DNA from: an uncultured Candidatus Saccharibacteria bacterium
GTDB lineage: Bacteria; Patescibacteriota; Andersenbacteria; UBA10190
Direction of reading: 5' to 3'
DNA length: 64,000 bases
Assembly: GCA_964359735.1 (NCBI GenBank)
Contig: CAYHTZ010000002.1
Coordinates: 22,937-86,936, forward strand
Shown in pieces: positions 44,534 to 52,980 of this stretch. The notes beneath the pieces are model-generated. The model did no database searches and was not told the DNA's origin. It worked only from the letters and a program-made list of their open reading frames with translations. Position numbers and translations under genes: made by a program. The first letter of the stretch is position 1, and the number at the start of each line of letters is the position of its first letter.

Positions 44534-45934
44534 TTGCTTAAACAAGCCACAAATTTTGGAGTGTGGGTAGTGAGCGGTGCGCTGCTCTTCGGTGCACTGG
44601 GCATTGTGCTGTTCGCCACGCCGCTTTTAGGGAATCGCGCGTTAATTGTCCGCTCGGGTTCGATGGAGCCGGCAATTAGCGTAGGAGATGTGGTAGTCGT
44701 GCGGCCAGGGGAATACCAGGCGGGAGATGCCATTGCCTACAACGTTCCCGGTAAGGAGAACATGGTGGTCACCCATCGCGTTCAAGAAGTGCGGGAGGGC
44801 GCAACAGGGTTTGAGTATGTTACCAAGGGGGATGCGAACCCGGAGGCAGACAGCTGGGTGGTTACTGGTGGAGATATTATTGGTGAAGAGCTCTTCACGG
44901 TGCCGTGGGTGGGGACACTGCTCGCCTTTGCCAAATCAAGAATTGGCTTCGTGAGTTTGGTAGTGATACCAGCGCTGGTGGTGGTGTTAAGCGAGATACG
45001 TGTGATTTGGCGAGAGATGAGGAAGAAGGTACCCACCTTCGCCACCCTTCGACCCCGAGCTCAGGGCCGAGGGGAGGCCACGGTGGGCAGGCCGGTGTTG
45101 GAGAGAGGAAATCCACCCTTAGTCTCTCCTTTATCAAGGAGGGAAACAGTGGACTCCTCCCTTGATAAGGGGAGACAGGGAGGGATTTCTTTGCCCAAGC
45201 CAGTGTATATGTCGACGCTCTCCTTTGTCGGCAATTCTCCTCCACAGAGACGCACGTTTGTAGATGGTGTGGTGAGAAGGAGCATGAGCTTTGCCTTAAT
45301 TGTGGTGGCGGCTTCGGTCATGACCCCAGCCACATTTGCGCTGTACGCAGACAGCGGCACAAGTTCGAATAACGTATTTACGGCGAGCGACGATTTTGGG
45401 GTTGGGCCAGGTGATGTGGTGATCAATGAAATTATGTGGATGGGTACAGACGAGGGTCCACATGACGAATGGATTGAATTGCGTAACATGACGAGTGATC
45501 CTATTGACCTGACTGGTTGGACGCTCCTGAATGCAGGAGGTGGCGGCAGTTCGTCTGATGACATTACTTTATCGGGGACGATTTTGGGTGATGGTTACTG
45601 GCTATTGGGTAACAATAATTCCGCGAGTTCAGCGATTGTTAATACTACAACTGTTGATCAGGTCACAACAAATGTTGAGCTAAGTAATGGAGGAGAACAG
45701 CTCACACTGAAGGATCCTGGTGGATTCACTATTGATGCTAGCCCTGTGACCAGTGGTTCTTGGCCGCTCGGAGATAATAGTTCTGGGCAACAATCGATGT
45801 CGCGTAACCTTACTCCGGGTGATGGGATTGTTGTGAGTAATTGGCACACATGTACCGATGCGGCGTGTAACGACACGACATATTGGGATGCAGAAGGGGA
45901 CGATTACGGTACTCCTAAGGCGGCGAATCTATGA
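44534..45934 (+). CDS. SipW-type signal peptidase I fused to a second SipW-class signal and a lamin-tail domain
   Basis: VRSGSMEP, GDVV, VTHRV, TKGDAN..D; ATFALYADSGTSSNNVFTA; VVINEIMWMG..EWIEL. Confidence 0.85.
   Translation: MLKQATNFGVWVVSGALLFGALGIVLFATPLLGNRALIVRSGSMEPAISVGDVVVVRPGEYQAGDAIAYNVPGKENMVVTHRVQEVREGATGFEYVTKGDANPEADSWVVTGGDIIGEELFTVPWVGTLLAFAKSRIGFVSLVVIPALVVVLSEIRVIWREMRKKVPTFATLRPRAQGRGEATVGRPVLERGNPPLVSPLSRRETVDSSLDKGRQGGISLPKPVYMSTLSFVGNSPPQRRTFVDGVVRRSMSFALIVVAASVMTPATFALYADSGTSSNNVFTASDDFGVGPGDVVINEIMWMGTDEGPHDEWIELRNMTSDPIDLTGWTLLNAGGGGSSSDDITLSGTILGDGYWLLGNNNSASSAIVNTTTVDQVTTNVELSNGGEQLTLKDPGGFTIDASPVTSGSWPLGDNSSGQQSMSRNLTPGDGIVVSNWHTCTDAACNDTTYWDAEGDDYGTPKAANL
45032..45092. 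repeat. Nested palindromic repeats, intragenic
   Basis: CCCACCTTCGCCA-[CCCTTCGACCCCGAGCTCAGGGCCGAGGGG]-AGGCCACGGTGGGCAGG. The outer unit resembles 36163-36192; the inner resembles 62155-62179. Confidence 0.6.
45108..45189. repeat. Palindromic REP-like doublet (TATCA/TGATA subfamily), intragenic
   Basis: CTCTCCTTTATCAAGGAGGG ... CTCCTCCCTTGATAAGGGGAG within the outer inverted repeat GAAATCC...GGATTTC. Confidence 0.8.
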
Positions 45935-46977
45935 GGAAAGTACTGACAAGAATTCTGGGATTAGCTGTAGTGCTGGGAACCATTTGGTTCGGGGTGACAC
46001 ATGGGAATTTCTTGGCGCCGGTGGGTACGGCGTTTGCGGTCGGAGACCTCCTGATTGATTGGAACGTGCCGGCGGGGGATCCAATTTTTGTGGTGAATGA
46101 TTTCGCGCCGGGGGAAATGGAAAGCAGGAATGTCGAAGTGACTAACAGCGGGACCATCCCGCGCGAAGTAGGCGTGCGCGGAGTGCAAACGGGAGGCCTG
46201 GGAGCGCTGGAGGGTGTACTTGAGATCACGATTTCTGAAGGAGTAACGGATTTGTATGGCGGCACGAGCAGTACTGGCACGCGCACTTTGAGCCAGTTCT
46301 TTACGGATAGTACTAACCCGAATGGCATTACCTTGCTGACCGTTGACCCAAGTGAAACGGTAGTCCTCACCTTTAAGGTCAAGTTTGCGGAGTCTGCTGG
46401 GAATGAATTCCAAAACGCGAACGTGGTATTTGATATTACTCTTGGCATTACGGGGGAAGTGGCTGGGATACCAGCAGAGTGCGCGCAGATTGATTTCGCG
46501 GGCGACCCGATCTTTGGAACAGACTCGGGTGACCTGCTGCGCGGTACGGCTGGGAATGATCTGATCTTTGGATTAGAAGGCGGGGATGCAATTTACGGCA
46601 ACGGAGGCGATGACTGTATCGTTGGCGGACCGGGCCCAGATTACATTAACGGGCGATCAGGTAACGACGTGCTGCTTGGAAATGAAGGTCCGGATGCGTT
46701 GCTTGGTGAAGGAGGCAACGATGCCATGTTTGGGGGTACAGAAAACGATAGTCTCGAGGGCGGGTCTGGCAATGACACCGGCCGAGGAGGCGAGGGCAGC
46801 GATAGTTTCAGAGGTGGAGATGGGACTGATGTAGGGTTTGGGGAGGCAGGCAATGACGGTTTGCGCGGTGGGGTGGGTAACGATCAGCTCTTTGGCGTCG
46901 CGGGTCAAGACGCCGCCCAGGGCGATAGCGGAGTGGATACGTGCGAGGCGGAGGCGAAGACAGCCTGCGAGCTGTAA
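45931..46977 (+). CDS. Secreted protein with a TasA-like N-terminal domain and RTX-type Ca-binding repeats
   Basis: FAPGE..RNVEVTNSG; many GGxGND nonapeptides. Confidence 0.8.
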   Translation: MRKVLTRILGLAVVLGTIWFGVTHGNFLAPVGTAFAVGDLLIDWNVPAGDPIFVVNDFAPGEMESRNVEVTNSGTIPREVGVRGVQTGGLGALEGVLEITISEGVTDLYGGTSSTGTRTLSQFFTDSTNPNGITLLTVDPSETVVLTFKVKFAESAGNEFQNANVVFDITLGITGEVAGIPAECAQIDFAGDPIFGTDSGDLLRGTAGNDLIFGLEGGDAIYGNGGDDCIVGGPGPDYINGRSGNDVLLGNEGPDALLGEGGNDAMFGGTENDSLEGGSGNDTGRGGEGSDSFRGGDGTDVGFGEAGNDGLRGGVGNDQLFGVAGQDAAQGDSGVDTCEAEAKTACEL

Positions 46978-47001
46978 GTGAGGGGTGTACACTCGGGGGA
47001 T

Positions 47002-48030
47002 ATGTGGCTCAGGCAGTTATCAGTTTTTCTTTTCCTGGCAGTAGGTGTCTGGGCTGGTTTGCGCATGGTGCGGACAGCCCTCTCGTCCACGTGCGTATCT
47101 CGGACCGTGTATGTGGCTCAGAAAGGAAGAGATCAAGAAGGGTACGGCTCAAGTAAAAAGCCGTACCAGACGATCGGGTATGCGCTCGCGCGGGCCACGC
47201 CGGGTACCACCATTGTGGTGAAGTCGGGAGTATACCCTGAACATCTTGTCACCACGCAGAACGGGGCACCTGGCTGCTCCATTACGCTGACTGGCTCGGC
47301 GAAGCTCACGGGAGGTGCAGAGAGCGGGCGCATCTTTGAGCTGATGCATGACTACTACGTTATTCGCGGCCTTGAGTTCACCGGCAAAGATGTCCTGTTG
47401 TGGATGCAGGAAGCTGACTACAACACCATCGAAAAAAATTTCTTTCACCATGCACAGGGGGAATGTGTACGGGCGAAGTACCACTCGAGCCACAATACGT
47501 TTGTAAGCAACAGAGTTGAGAATTGCGGAATAGCGGATTTTGTTCAAGGCGGCGGAGGGAAAAACGGTGAAGGTATTTACCTGGGCACCGCGCCTGAGCA
47601 GCTGAATAAAAATCCTACGCCAGAAACTGATCAAACCAGCTTTAACGTAGTCCGCTCGAACACGTTTGTAACGAACGGGAATGAGTGTGTGGATATTAAA
47701 GAGGGTTCAGCCAGTAATGCGGTGGAGTACAACGACTGCACGGGACAGCGTGATCCCGAAAGCGGCGGGTTTGATTCCCGGGGGAACGATAACGTTTTTC
47801 GCTACAACAAAAGTTATGGCAATGGGGGAGCGGGTATTCGCTTAGGGGGGGATGCCGGTACAGATGGCATTCGCAACGCGGTGTATGGCAATACGCTTGG
47901 TGATAATGGTGGCTACGCCTTGAAAGTTATGCGTCTGCCGCAAGGGTTGATTTGTGGGAATGCGGCTTCGGGTAATGCGCTTGGTTTCACGAACGAGCCC
48001 TCGGTCACGAATCCACCGTGCGCTTTTTAG
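47002..48030 (+). CDS. Right-handed parallel beta-helix protein (polysaccharide lyase-like)
   Basis: YVAQKGRD..GS..KPYQTI..AL..ATPG..G.Y; GEGIYLG; ECVDIKEGS. Confidence 0.8.
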   Translation: MWLRQLSVFLFLAVGVWAGLRMVRTALSSTCVSRTVYVAQKGRDQEGYGSSKKPYQTIGYALARATPGTTIVVKSGVYPEHLVTTQNGAPGCSITLTGSAKLTGGAESGRIFELMHDYYVIRGLEFTGKDVLLWMQEADYNTIEKNFFHHAQGECVRAKYHSSHNTFVSNRVENCGIADFVQGGGGKNGEGIYLGTAPEQLNKNPTPETDQTSFNVVRSNTFVTNGNECVDIKEGSASNAVEYNDCTGQRDPESGGFDSRGNDNVFRYNKSYGNGGAGIRLGGDAGTDGIRNAVYGNTLGDNGGYALKVMRLPQGLICGNAASGNALGFTNEPSVTNPPCAF

Positions 48031-49958
48031 CTGCGTAGCGCCTCGATTGGCTCCAGCTTGGCAGCGCGCAGGGCAGGGTACGTGCCGGAGACGAGACCAA
48101 TGACACCGCCGACGAGGGGAGCAAGCAAGGGTACGGCCGGGTCGAGCACGGGGGCCCAGGTTTGGTAGGCAGAGACTGCCACCACGGTGAGGAGGCCGAG
48201 GCTGGCGCCGGCAGTTCCGCCGAGAAGGCCAAGGGCAGTGCTCTCGAGTAAGAACTGCAGGGCGATGTGTTGTTTGGTGGCGCCCAGCGCGCGGCGCAGC
48301 CCTATTTCCCCGACGCGTTCCATCACTGACACCAAGGTGATATTTGAGATCCCAAGAGCACCCACAATTAAGGAGAGGCCACCGAGCAAGAGTAGGAGGA
48401 TGTTGAGATTGCTCTGGATAGCTTCGCGCACACGCTTCGGTTCCGGGGGAAACGTAACGGCGACGGCCTTGGGGTCGTCTGGTTTGAGCGCGAGCGGGGC
48501 TTGGCGGGCGATCAAGGTGGCCGCGCCGATTTGGGTTTCAACAATGACGGAGGAGGGGCTCGTTAGCCCAAAATCGCGGCGAGCGGTGCCTTCAGGAATT
48601 ATAACGGAGCCGAGTAAGTCAGGCTGCCGACCAACGTTTCCCAGTATGCCTATGACCAGATACATCTGGTCGCCGATAGTGATGGCGGGTAAGTGCGACG
48701 TGCCCCGAACGTTTAAGCGTTCAGCGGCGGTAGGCCCAAGTACGGCCACGCGATCGGCACGGGCCGAGTGGCCGTCGTCGGGCAAGCGCCCCGTTTTAAG
48801 ATTGGCGCGGGCAGCGGCGAACGCTCTCGGGGAAGCGGCCTGGACGGCTAACTTGAAGGCTGTCTGCTGCTGTGGGTCTTGCACGGGGGAGGCAGAGACC
48901 AGAGCGTCTTTCGTATTCACAGGGCTCAAGGTTCCCGCGGCTACGACGCCGTTTAAGCGGGCCAAGCGAGCCGGCGCATCCCAGGGAATGACTTGATTAT
49001 GGGAAGTGGCGAGGGCGGCGCGTGGCTTAACTACAATCTCCGTGGCGGCTAGTTCATTAAACGTGCCGATGATGCGGTTGCCGGCGGTGCGGGAGATGCC
49101 AACGGTGGCTACGAGCGCGGTGATGCCGATCACAACACCAAGGGTGGTTAAAGCTGTGCGCGCGGGTTTGGCAAAAAGGCCGGCGACAGTTTCCTCAACT
49201 AGGTCTCGAGCTGTGATCCCTGACGGGGCTGCCTCTCTCGCGGGGCCGGTGGGTGAGGAGGCGCGCCGAGGTGCTGGGGAGCCAGAAGTATGCTCAGTGA
49301 GCCGCCCGTCGATGATCTCAACCCTGCGGCTGGCGCGCGCGGCCACCTTTTCGTCGTGGGTCACAATCACGATTGTGAGCCCGCGGCGGTTTAGACCTTG
49401 GAGAAGATCAAGCAGGCGCGCGGCCGAGGCAGAGTCTAGGTTACCGGTGGGCTCATCGCAGAGGAGAAGGTTGGGGGAGACGGCCAGGGCCCGGGCGATA
49501 GCGACGCGTTGGCGCTCTCCCCCTGACAATTTGGTCGGAGAAAAGTCGGCGCGGGCCTCGAGCCCGACTTCGCGCAACGCAGACAAAGCGCGGTCCCCAC
49601 GACCGTCTCGGGGATGACGGCGGTATACTTCGGCGAGCATGACATTCTCGCGGACAGAGCGGTAGGGCAGTAGATGAAACGATTGAAAGACAAAACCAAG
49701 ATGACGGCCACGCAGGCCGGCGCGCTGCTCGTCAGTGAGCGTGGCGGTATCGCGGCCGTGCAGCAGATACTGGCCAGAGGAAGGTCGATCGAGCAGGCCG
49801 ATAATATTCAGAAGGGTTGACTTGCCAGCCCCAGAGGGCCCGGTAATGGCCAGCCACTCTCCCGATTCAAGGCGCAGATTGATGTGCGTGAGCGCTTGAA
49901 CAGGTGGATCGCTGCCGAAGGTACGACCGATGTTTTTCAGTTCGAGTAAGGGTGTCAT
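48027..49958 (-). CDS. MacB-type ABC transporter (ATPase-permease fusion)
   Basis: GPSGAGKS, LSGGERQR, DEPTGNLD, ERVGEIGLRRALGA, YPALRAAKLEPIEALR. Confidence 0.92.
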   Translation of the reverse strand: MTPLLELKNIGRTFGSDPPVQALTHINLRLESGEWLAITGPSGAGKSTLLNIIGLLDRPSSGQYLLHGRDTATLTDEQRAGLRGRHLGFVFQSFHLLPYRSVRENVMLAEVYRRHPRDGRGDRALSALREVGLEARADFSPTKLSGGERQRVAIARALAVSPNLLLCDEPTGNLDSASAARLLDLLQGLNRRGLTIVIVTHDEKVAARASRRVEIIDGRLTEHTSGSPAPRRASSPTGPAREAAPSGITARDLVEETVAGLFAKPARTALTTLGVVIGITALVATVGISRTAGNRIIGTFNELAATEIVVKPRAALATSHNQVIPWDAPARLARLNGVVAAGTLSPVNTKDALVSASPVQDPQQQTAFKLAVQAASPRAFAAARANLKTGRLPDDGHSARADRVAVLGPTAAERLNVRGTSHLPAITIGDQMYLVIGILGNVGRQPDLLGSVIIPEGTARRDFGLTSPSSVIVETQIGAATLIARQAPLALKPDDPKAVAVTFPPEPKRVREAIQSNLNILLLLLGGLSLIVGALGISNITLVSVMERVGEIGLRRALGATKQHIALQFLLESTALGLLGGTAGASLGLLTVVAVSAYQTWAPVLDPAVPLLAPLVGGVIGLVSGTYPALRAAKLEPIEALRS

Positions 49959-51505
49959 TCGAATCCGACCACGACGAGCTGGCCGGCTCCTAGGGCTCCT
50001 TGTATGGGAGTGACCTCCACAAAACCTTGGGCAGACAAGCCAGTTTTCACCGTAACGTATTCTAGCGACCCATTCCTTTGTACCTGCACGCGCGAACTTC
50101 CATCGGCAGCGAGTGAGACGGCGCTCACGGGCACGGCCAACACTTCATGGTTGGTGGATTTGATGGGGATCGTGAGTCGAAGAGATGTGCCGGCAAGCTT
50201 CGTCGGTGTTTCATTCACGGTTACTTCCATATAGACGTGGAAGGCGTCAACGCCGTTTGTGCCGGGTGCTTCGGCAACGCGCGTGACAACGCCGGCGGCT
50301 TTGATCCCGAGATCAGCTTCGTCGATCTTTACCTCCATCTCTGGGTTCACGAGGGAGGCCTCGGCGAGTTGTAAGGAGGAGTCAATGACGATTTGGTTAC
50401 TGGCGACAGTGAGGGCTGGTCCCTTGGCTGCGGCACCAACAGTCGCGTCAGTCTTTTCGAGGCGGGCCGGCAAGGAGCTCACGAATATAACTTCGTCGGC
50501 AGGGACGGTGATACCCGTCTTACTTTGGACGCGGTGAAGGTCAGCAGTCAGGCGCTCGGCGAGAGCTTGGGCTACAGCGGCTTCGCGCCGAGCAATTTTT
50601 TGCGCATTTTGTGCGTTCAGTACGGTGAGCGCGCCTTCCCGCCGTGTGGTTTTGACGGTGCTTTGGGCGGCTTTCAGTTCCGCTTCCGCTTTGGCTCTAG
50701 CTTCACTGCTTGAGTTCACATCCTCGGCGATGGTTTGGTAGGCGATCGTTTTTGCGTCCACATCGACGGCCGCAGCGTTGTTCGTGGCAACGGCTTTGGC
50801 GCGGGTGGCTTCTAAGAGCTGGGAGGACCCGGCTACGTTGGCTGCCAGGTGATCTTTTTCGGCTACGGCTAGTTGTTCTGTTAATGTGGAGATCTCGGAC
50901 AGTTGCTGTGGCGTGGGCTCAAACGCTTCCCAACCTGATTTTCGGTACCAGGCCGCCACCGCGGCGGCGGTTTGGTAATCGTATCTGCCATCGGTCGCGC
51001 CTGGGTAAAACCCTAGTCGCTTTAATGCACCCTCGAGTTGGCGCACATCCTTGCCCGAGGTGCCGGGTGCCATGTCGCGGAAAGCAGGGGTGTCGCCCTC
51101 TAACACGAAAACGGGGCGCCCGGAAATAGTGAAGGCCACGTCGCCTTCACGGAATTCGGCGTTCGGCAATGGCAGGCTGGTGATGAAGGTTTCCAAAAGC
51201 TTGGCGGCCGAAGGGGGAATAGAAATAATTTGGGGCAGAGCGAAACGGGCGGTGCCGCGCGTGACGATGTCTGAGGTTAAGACACGCTTATCGATGGGAA
51301 CAAGAATGGGAGAGGCCGGTGGAGGTGAGGATTCGGCGGCAATTTGGGCGGGGGATTTAATGCGTGCACCAGCCAGATAGCTCAAGGCCGCTACGGCGAC
51401 GGTGGCCGCAATGAGAGCAACGAGGGTAGCGAGGCGTGGATTTTGGGTAGCCCAGGTTCTGGCGGTTGAAGGGATGAGGCGGGTCAGGGCGCGTTTCACA
51501 TGCAT
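49955..51505 (-). CDS. Membrane-fusion/adaptor protein with a peptidoglycan-binding domain
   Basis: GKDVRQLEGALKRLGF..DG.Y..TAAAVAAW; coiled coil; LAVPVSAV, VKTGLSAQGFVEV. Confidence 0.8.
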   Translation of the reverse strand: MHVKRALTRLIPSTARTWATQNPRLATLVALIAATVAVAALSYLAGARIKSPAQIAAESSPPPASPILVPIDKRVLTSDIVTRGTARFALPQIISIPPSAAKLLETFITSLPLPNAEFREGDVAFTISGRPVFVLEGDTPAFRDMAPGTSGKDVRQLEGALKRLGFYPGATDGRYDYQTAAAVAAWYRKSGWEAFEPTPQQLSEISTLTEQLAVAEKDHLAANVAGSSQLLEATRAKAVATNNAAAVDVDAKTIAYQTIAEDVNSSSEARAKAEAELKAAQSTVKTTRREGALTVLNAQNAQKIARREAAVAQALAERLTADLHRVQSKTGITVPADEVIFVSSLPARLEKTDATVGAAAKGPALTVASNQIVIDSSLQLAEASLVNPEMEVKIDEADLGIKAAGVVTRVAEAPGTNGVDAFHVYMEVTVNETPTKLAGTSLRLTIPIKSTNHEVLAVPVSAVSLAADGSSRVQVQRNGSLEYVTVKTGLSAQGFVEVTPIQGALGAGQLVVVGFE

Positions 51506-51535
51506 AGCTCCGATGGTATTTCCACCTACTGCCTT

Positions 51536-52420
51536 TCAGTTTTGCGGCGCGCCGTAGAGTTCCGTCTCAACTTGTTTTACGGCTGGCTCAATAAATTCCT
51601 CCTCGCAGGCGAGATCGGCCACGGCAATAGCGCGCTCTTCTCCTTGCAGCTGCCGCAAGGCTTCGGCGTCAGCGCCAGTTGCCTTGAGGCGGTCGCGAAG
51701 CGCGGGTTCGATTTCTTCCGGGTTGTTGTAATTAAAACCGGCTTCGCGCATGCAGCTGGACCACTCCTCAGTGGCGGCAATCACACGCCGGTCCTGGGCG
51801 ATTAAGGCATCGCCTGGGTTAGCATAGGCGGGACGTAAGTCTTCGGGCCTAAATACCTGCTCGACGGCCGTGCGTGTGCAGCCACCGGTGGGCGAGAAGT
51901 CCTCAGCTTCAAGCGAGACGGCGAATGTGGATGCGGTATTTTCTCCGAAGAGCGCCCGGTTGTAGGCAGCCTGATCGGCGGCTGACAAGGTGGCGAAGAA
52001 ATCGACGTTCTGTTTACTAAGACCAATAGTAGCAGCGTGGTCAGCGCCGGATAGCTGTGGGGGAGTGTTGGGGGCAAGAGAGCGAGTGGAGATGCCATAG
52101 CCAAACTGCTCGCGAAATTCTTCATCGGTGAGTCCCGCAGCTTTTTTGTCGGCGTCCATAGATTTGCGCACGGTCAAGTAATCGACTGGAACGTACTGGA
52201 AGCCGGCCTGCTGCATGCAGCTCGCGATGACTGCTTCAGTAGCCTCGATCTTCTGCACCAGTTCGGCTTTCGTTAAGCCAAATTCTTCCGAGCCAGGCAA
52301 GCTCTCTGGGCTGGGTGAGGCGGAGGGAGTAGACTCGCGGCCGGGGCGGGTGGCAGCGAAATACAGGACCGCGGCGACGGCGATGACGAGAGCGGCCACT
52401 AGAAAAATCTTTGGCTGCAT
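51536..52420 (-). CDS. Membrane-anchored hypothetical protein
   Basis: N-terminal TM; IASCMQQAGFQY, WSSCMREAGFNY, AVADLAC. Confidence 0.7.
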   Translation of the reverse strand: MQPKIFLVAALVIAVAAVLYFAATRPGRESTPSASPSPESLPGSEEFGLTKAELVQKIEATEAVIASCMQQAGFQYVPVDYLTVRKSMDADKKAAGLTDEEFREQFGYGISTRSLAPNTPPQLSGADHAATIGLSKQNVDFFATLSAADQAAYNRALFGENTASTFAVSLEAEDFSPTGGCTRTAVEQVFRPEDLRPAYANPGDALIAQDRRVIAATEEWSSCMREAGFNYNNPEEIEPALRDRLKATGADAEALRQLQGEERAIAVADLACEEEFIEPAVKQVETELYGAPQN

Positions 52421-52524
52421 AACTGTGTATAACTAGCATAAGTCACTTGGGTAGTCAACGATTACAGCCTGTGCTACTTTGTGCTCAGTCAGGAGGGGAC
52501 TACTTGTATTGAAAGTCACATCGT

Positions 52525-52980
52525 ATGAAAAGTAGCTCCACCTATCTTGTCATTATTATTCTGGTAGCGCTCGGGCTGGCGGGATTTTTTTTGTTTGATG
52601 GGGAGCAAGCACCTCCCTCGCCGGATAGTCGTAAGATTCATAGTGATGGTAAAGCGGCCCAGGTTACGCCAATTCCGGGTACCGATAGGAAGGCTATTCT
52701 GCTGACGGAGCGGGCGGTGCAGCGGCTTGACATTACCACAGTGCCAGTGACGAGCGGACACAGTTTGGTTGTACCCTACGCCGCCGTGATGTATGACACC
52801 GATGGCAGCACCTGGGTCTACACAAACCCGGAGCCTTTGCGGTATGTCCGCCACCACATTGAAGTAGACCGCATCGAGGGAGACCAAGCCATTCTGTCGG
52901 ATGGTCCTCCTATTGGCACGGCCGTGGTGACGAGGGGGGCGGCCGAGCTGTTCGGAGTTGAATTTGGTGTAGGTAAATGA
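52525..52980 (+). CDS. Truncated RND adaptor-like protein
   Basis: N-terminal TM; VPYAAVMYD.DG.TWVY, VVTRGAAELFG. Confidence 0.7.
   Translation: MKSSSTYLVIIILVALGLAGFFLFDGEQAPPSPDSRKIHSDGKAAQVTPIPGTDRKAILLTERAVQRLDITTVPVTSGHSLVVPYAAVMYDTDGSTWVYTNPEPLRYVRHHIEVDRIEGDQAILSDGPPIGTAVVTRGAAELFGVEFGVGK

Noticed and set aside
45931-46977. RTX toxin
   Set aside because: It has only Ca-binding repeats and an N-terminal export signal, with no toxin domain or type I secretion genes.
48187-49617. Long antisense ORFs (also 31469-32140, 39751-40395, 62771-63394)
   Set aside because: They are shadows of well-supported genes on the opposite strand and have no recognisable motifs.
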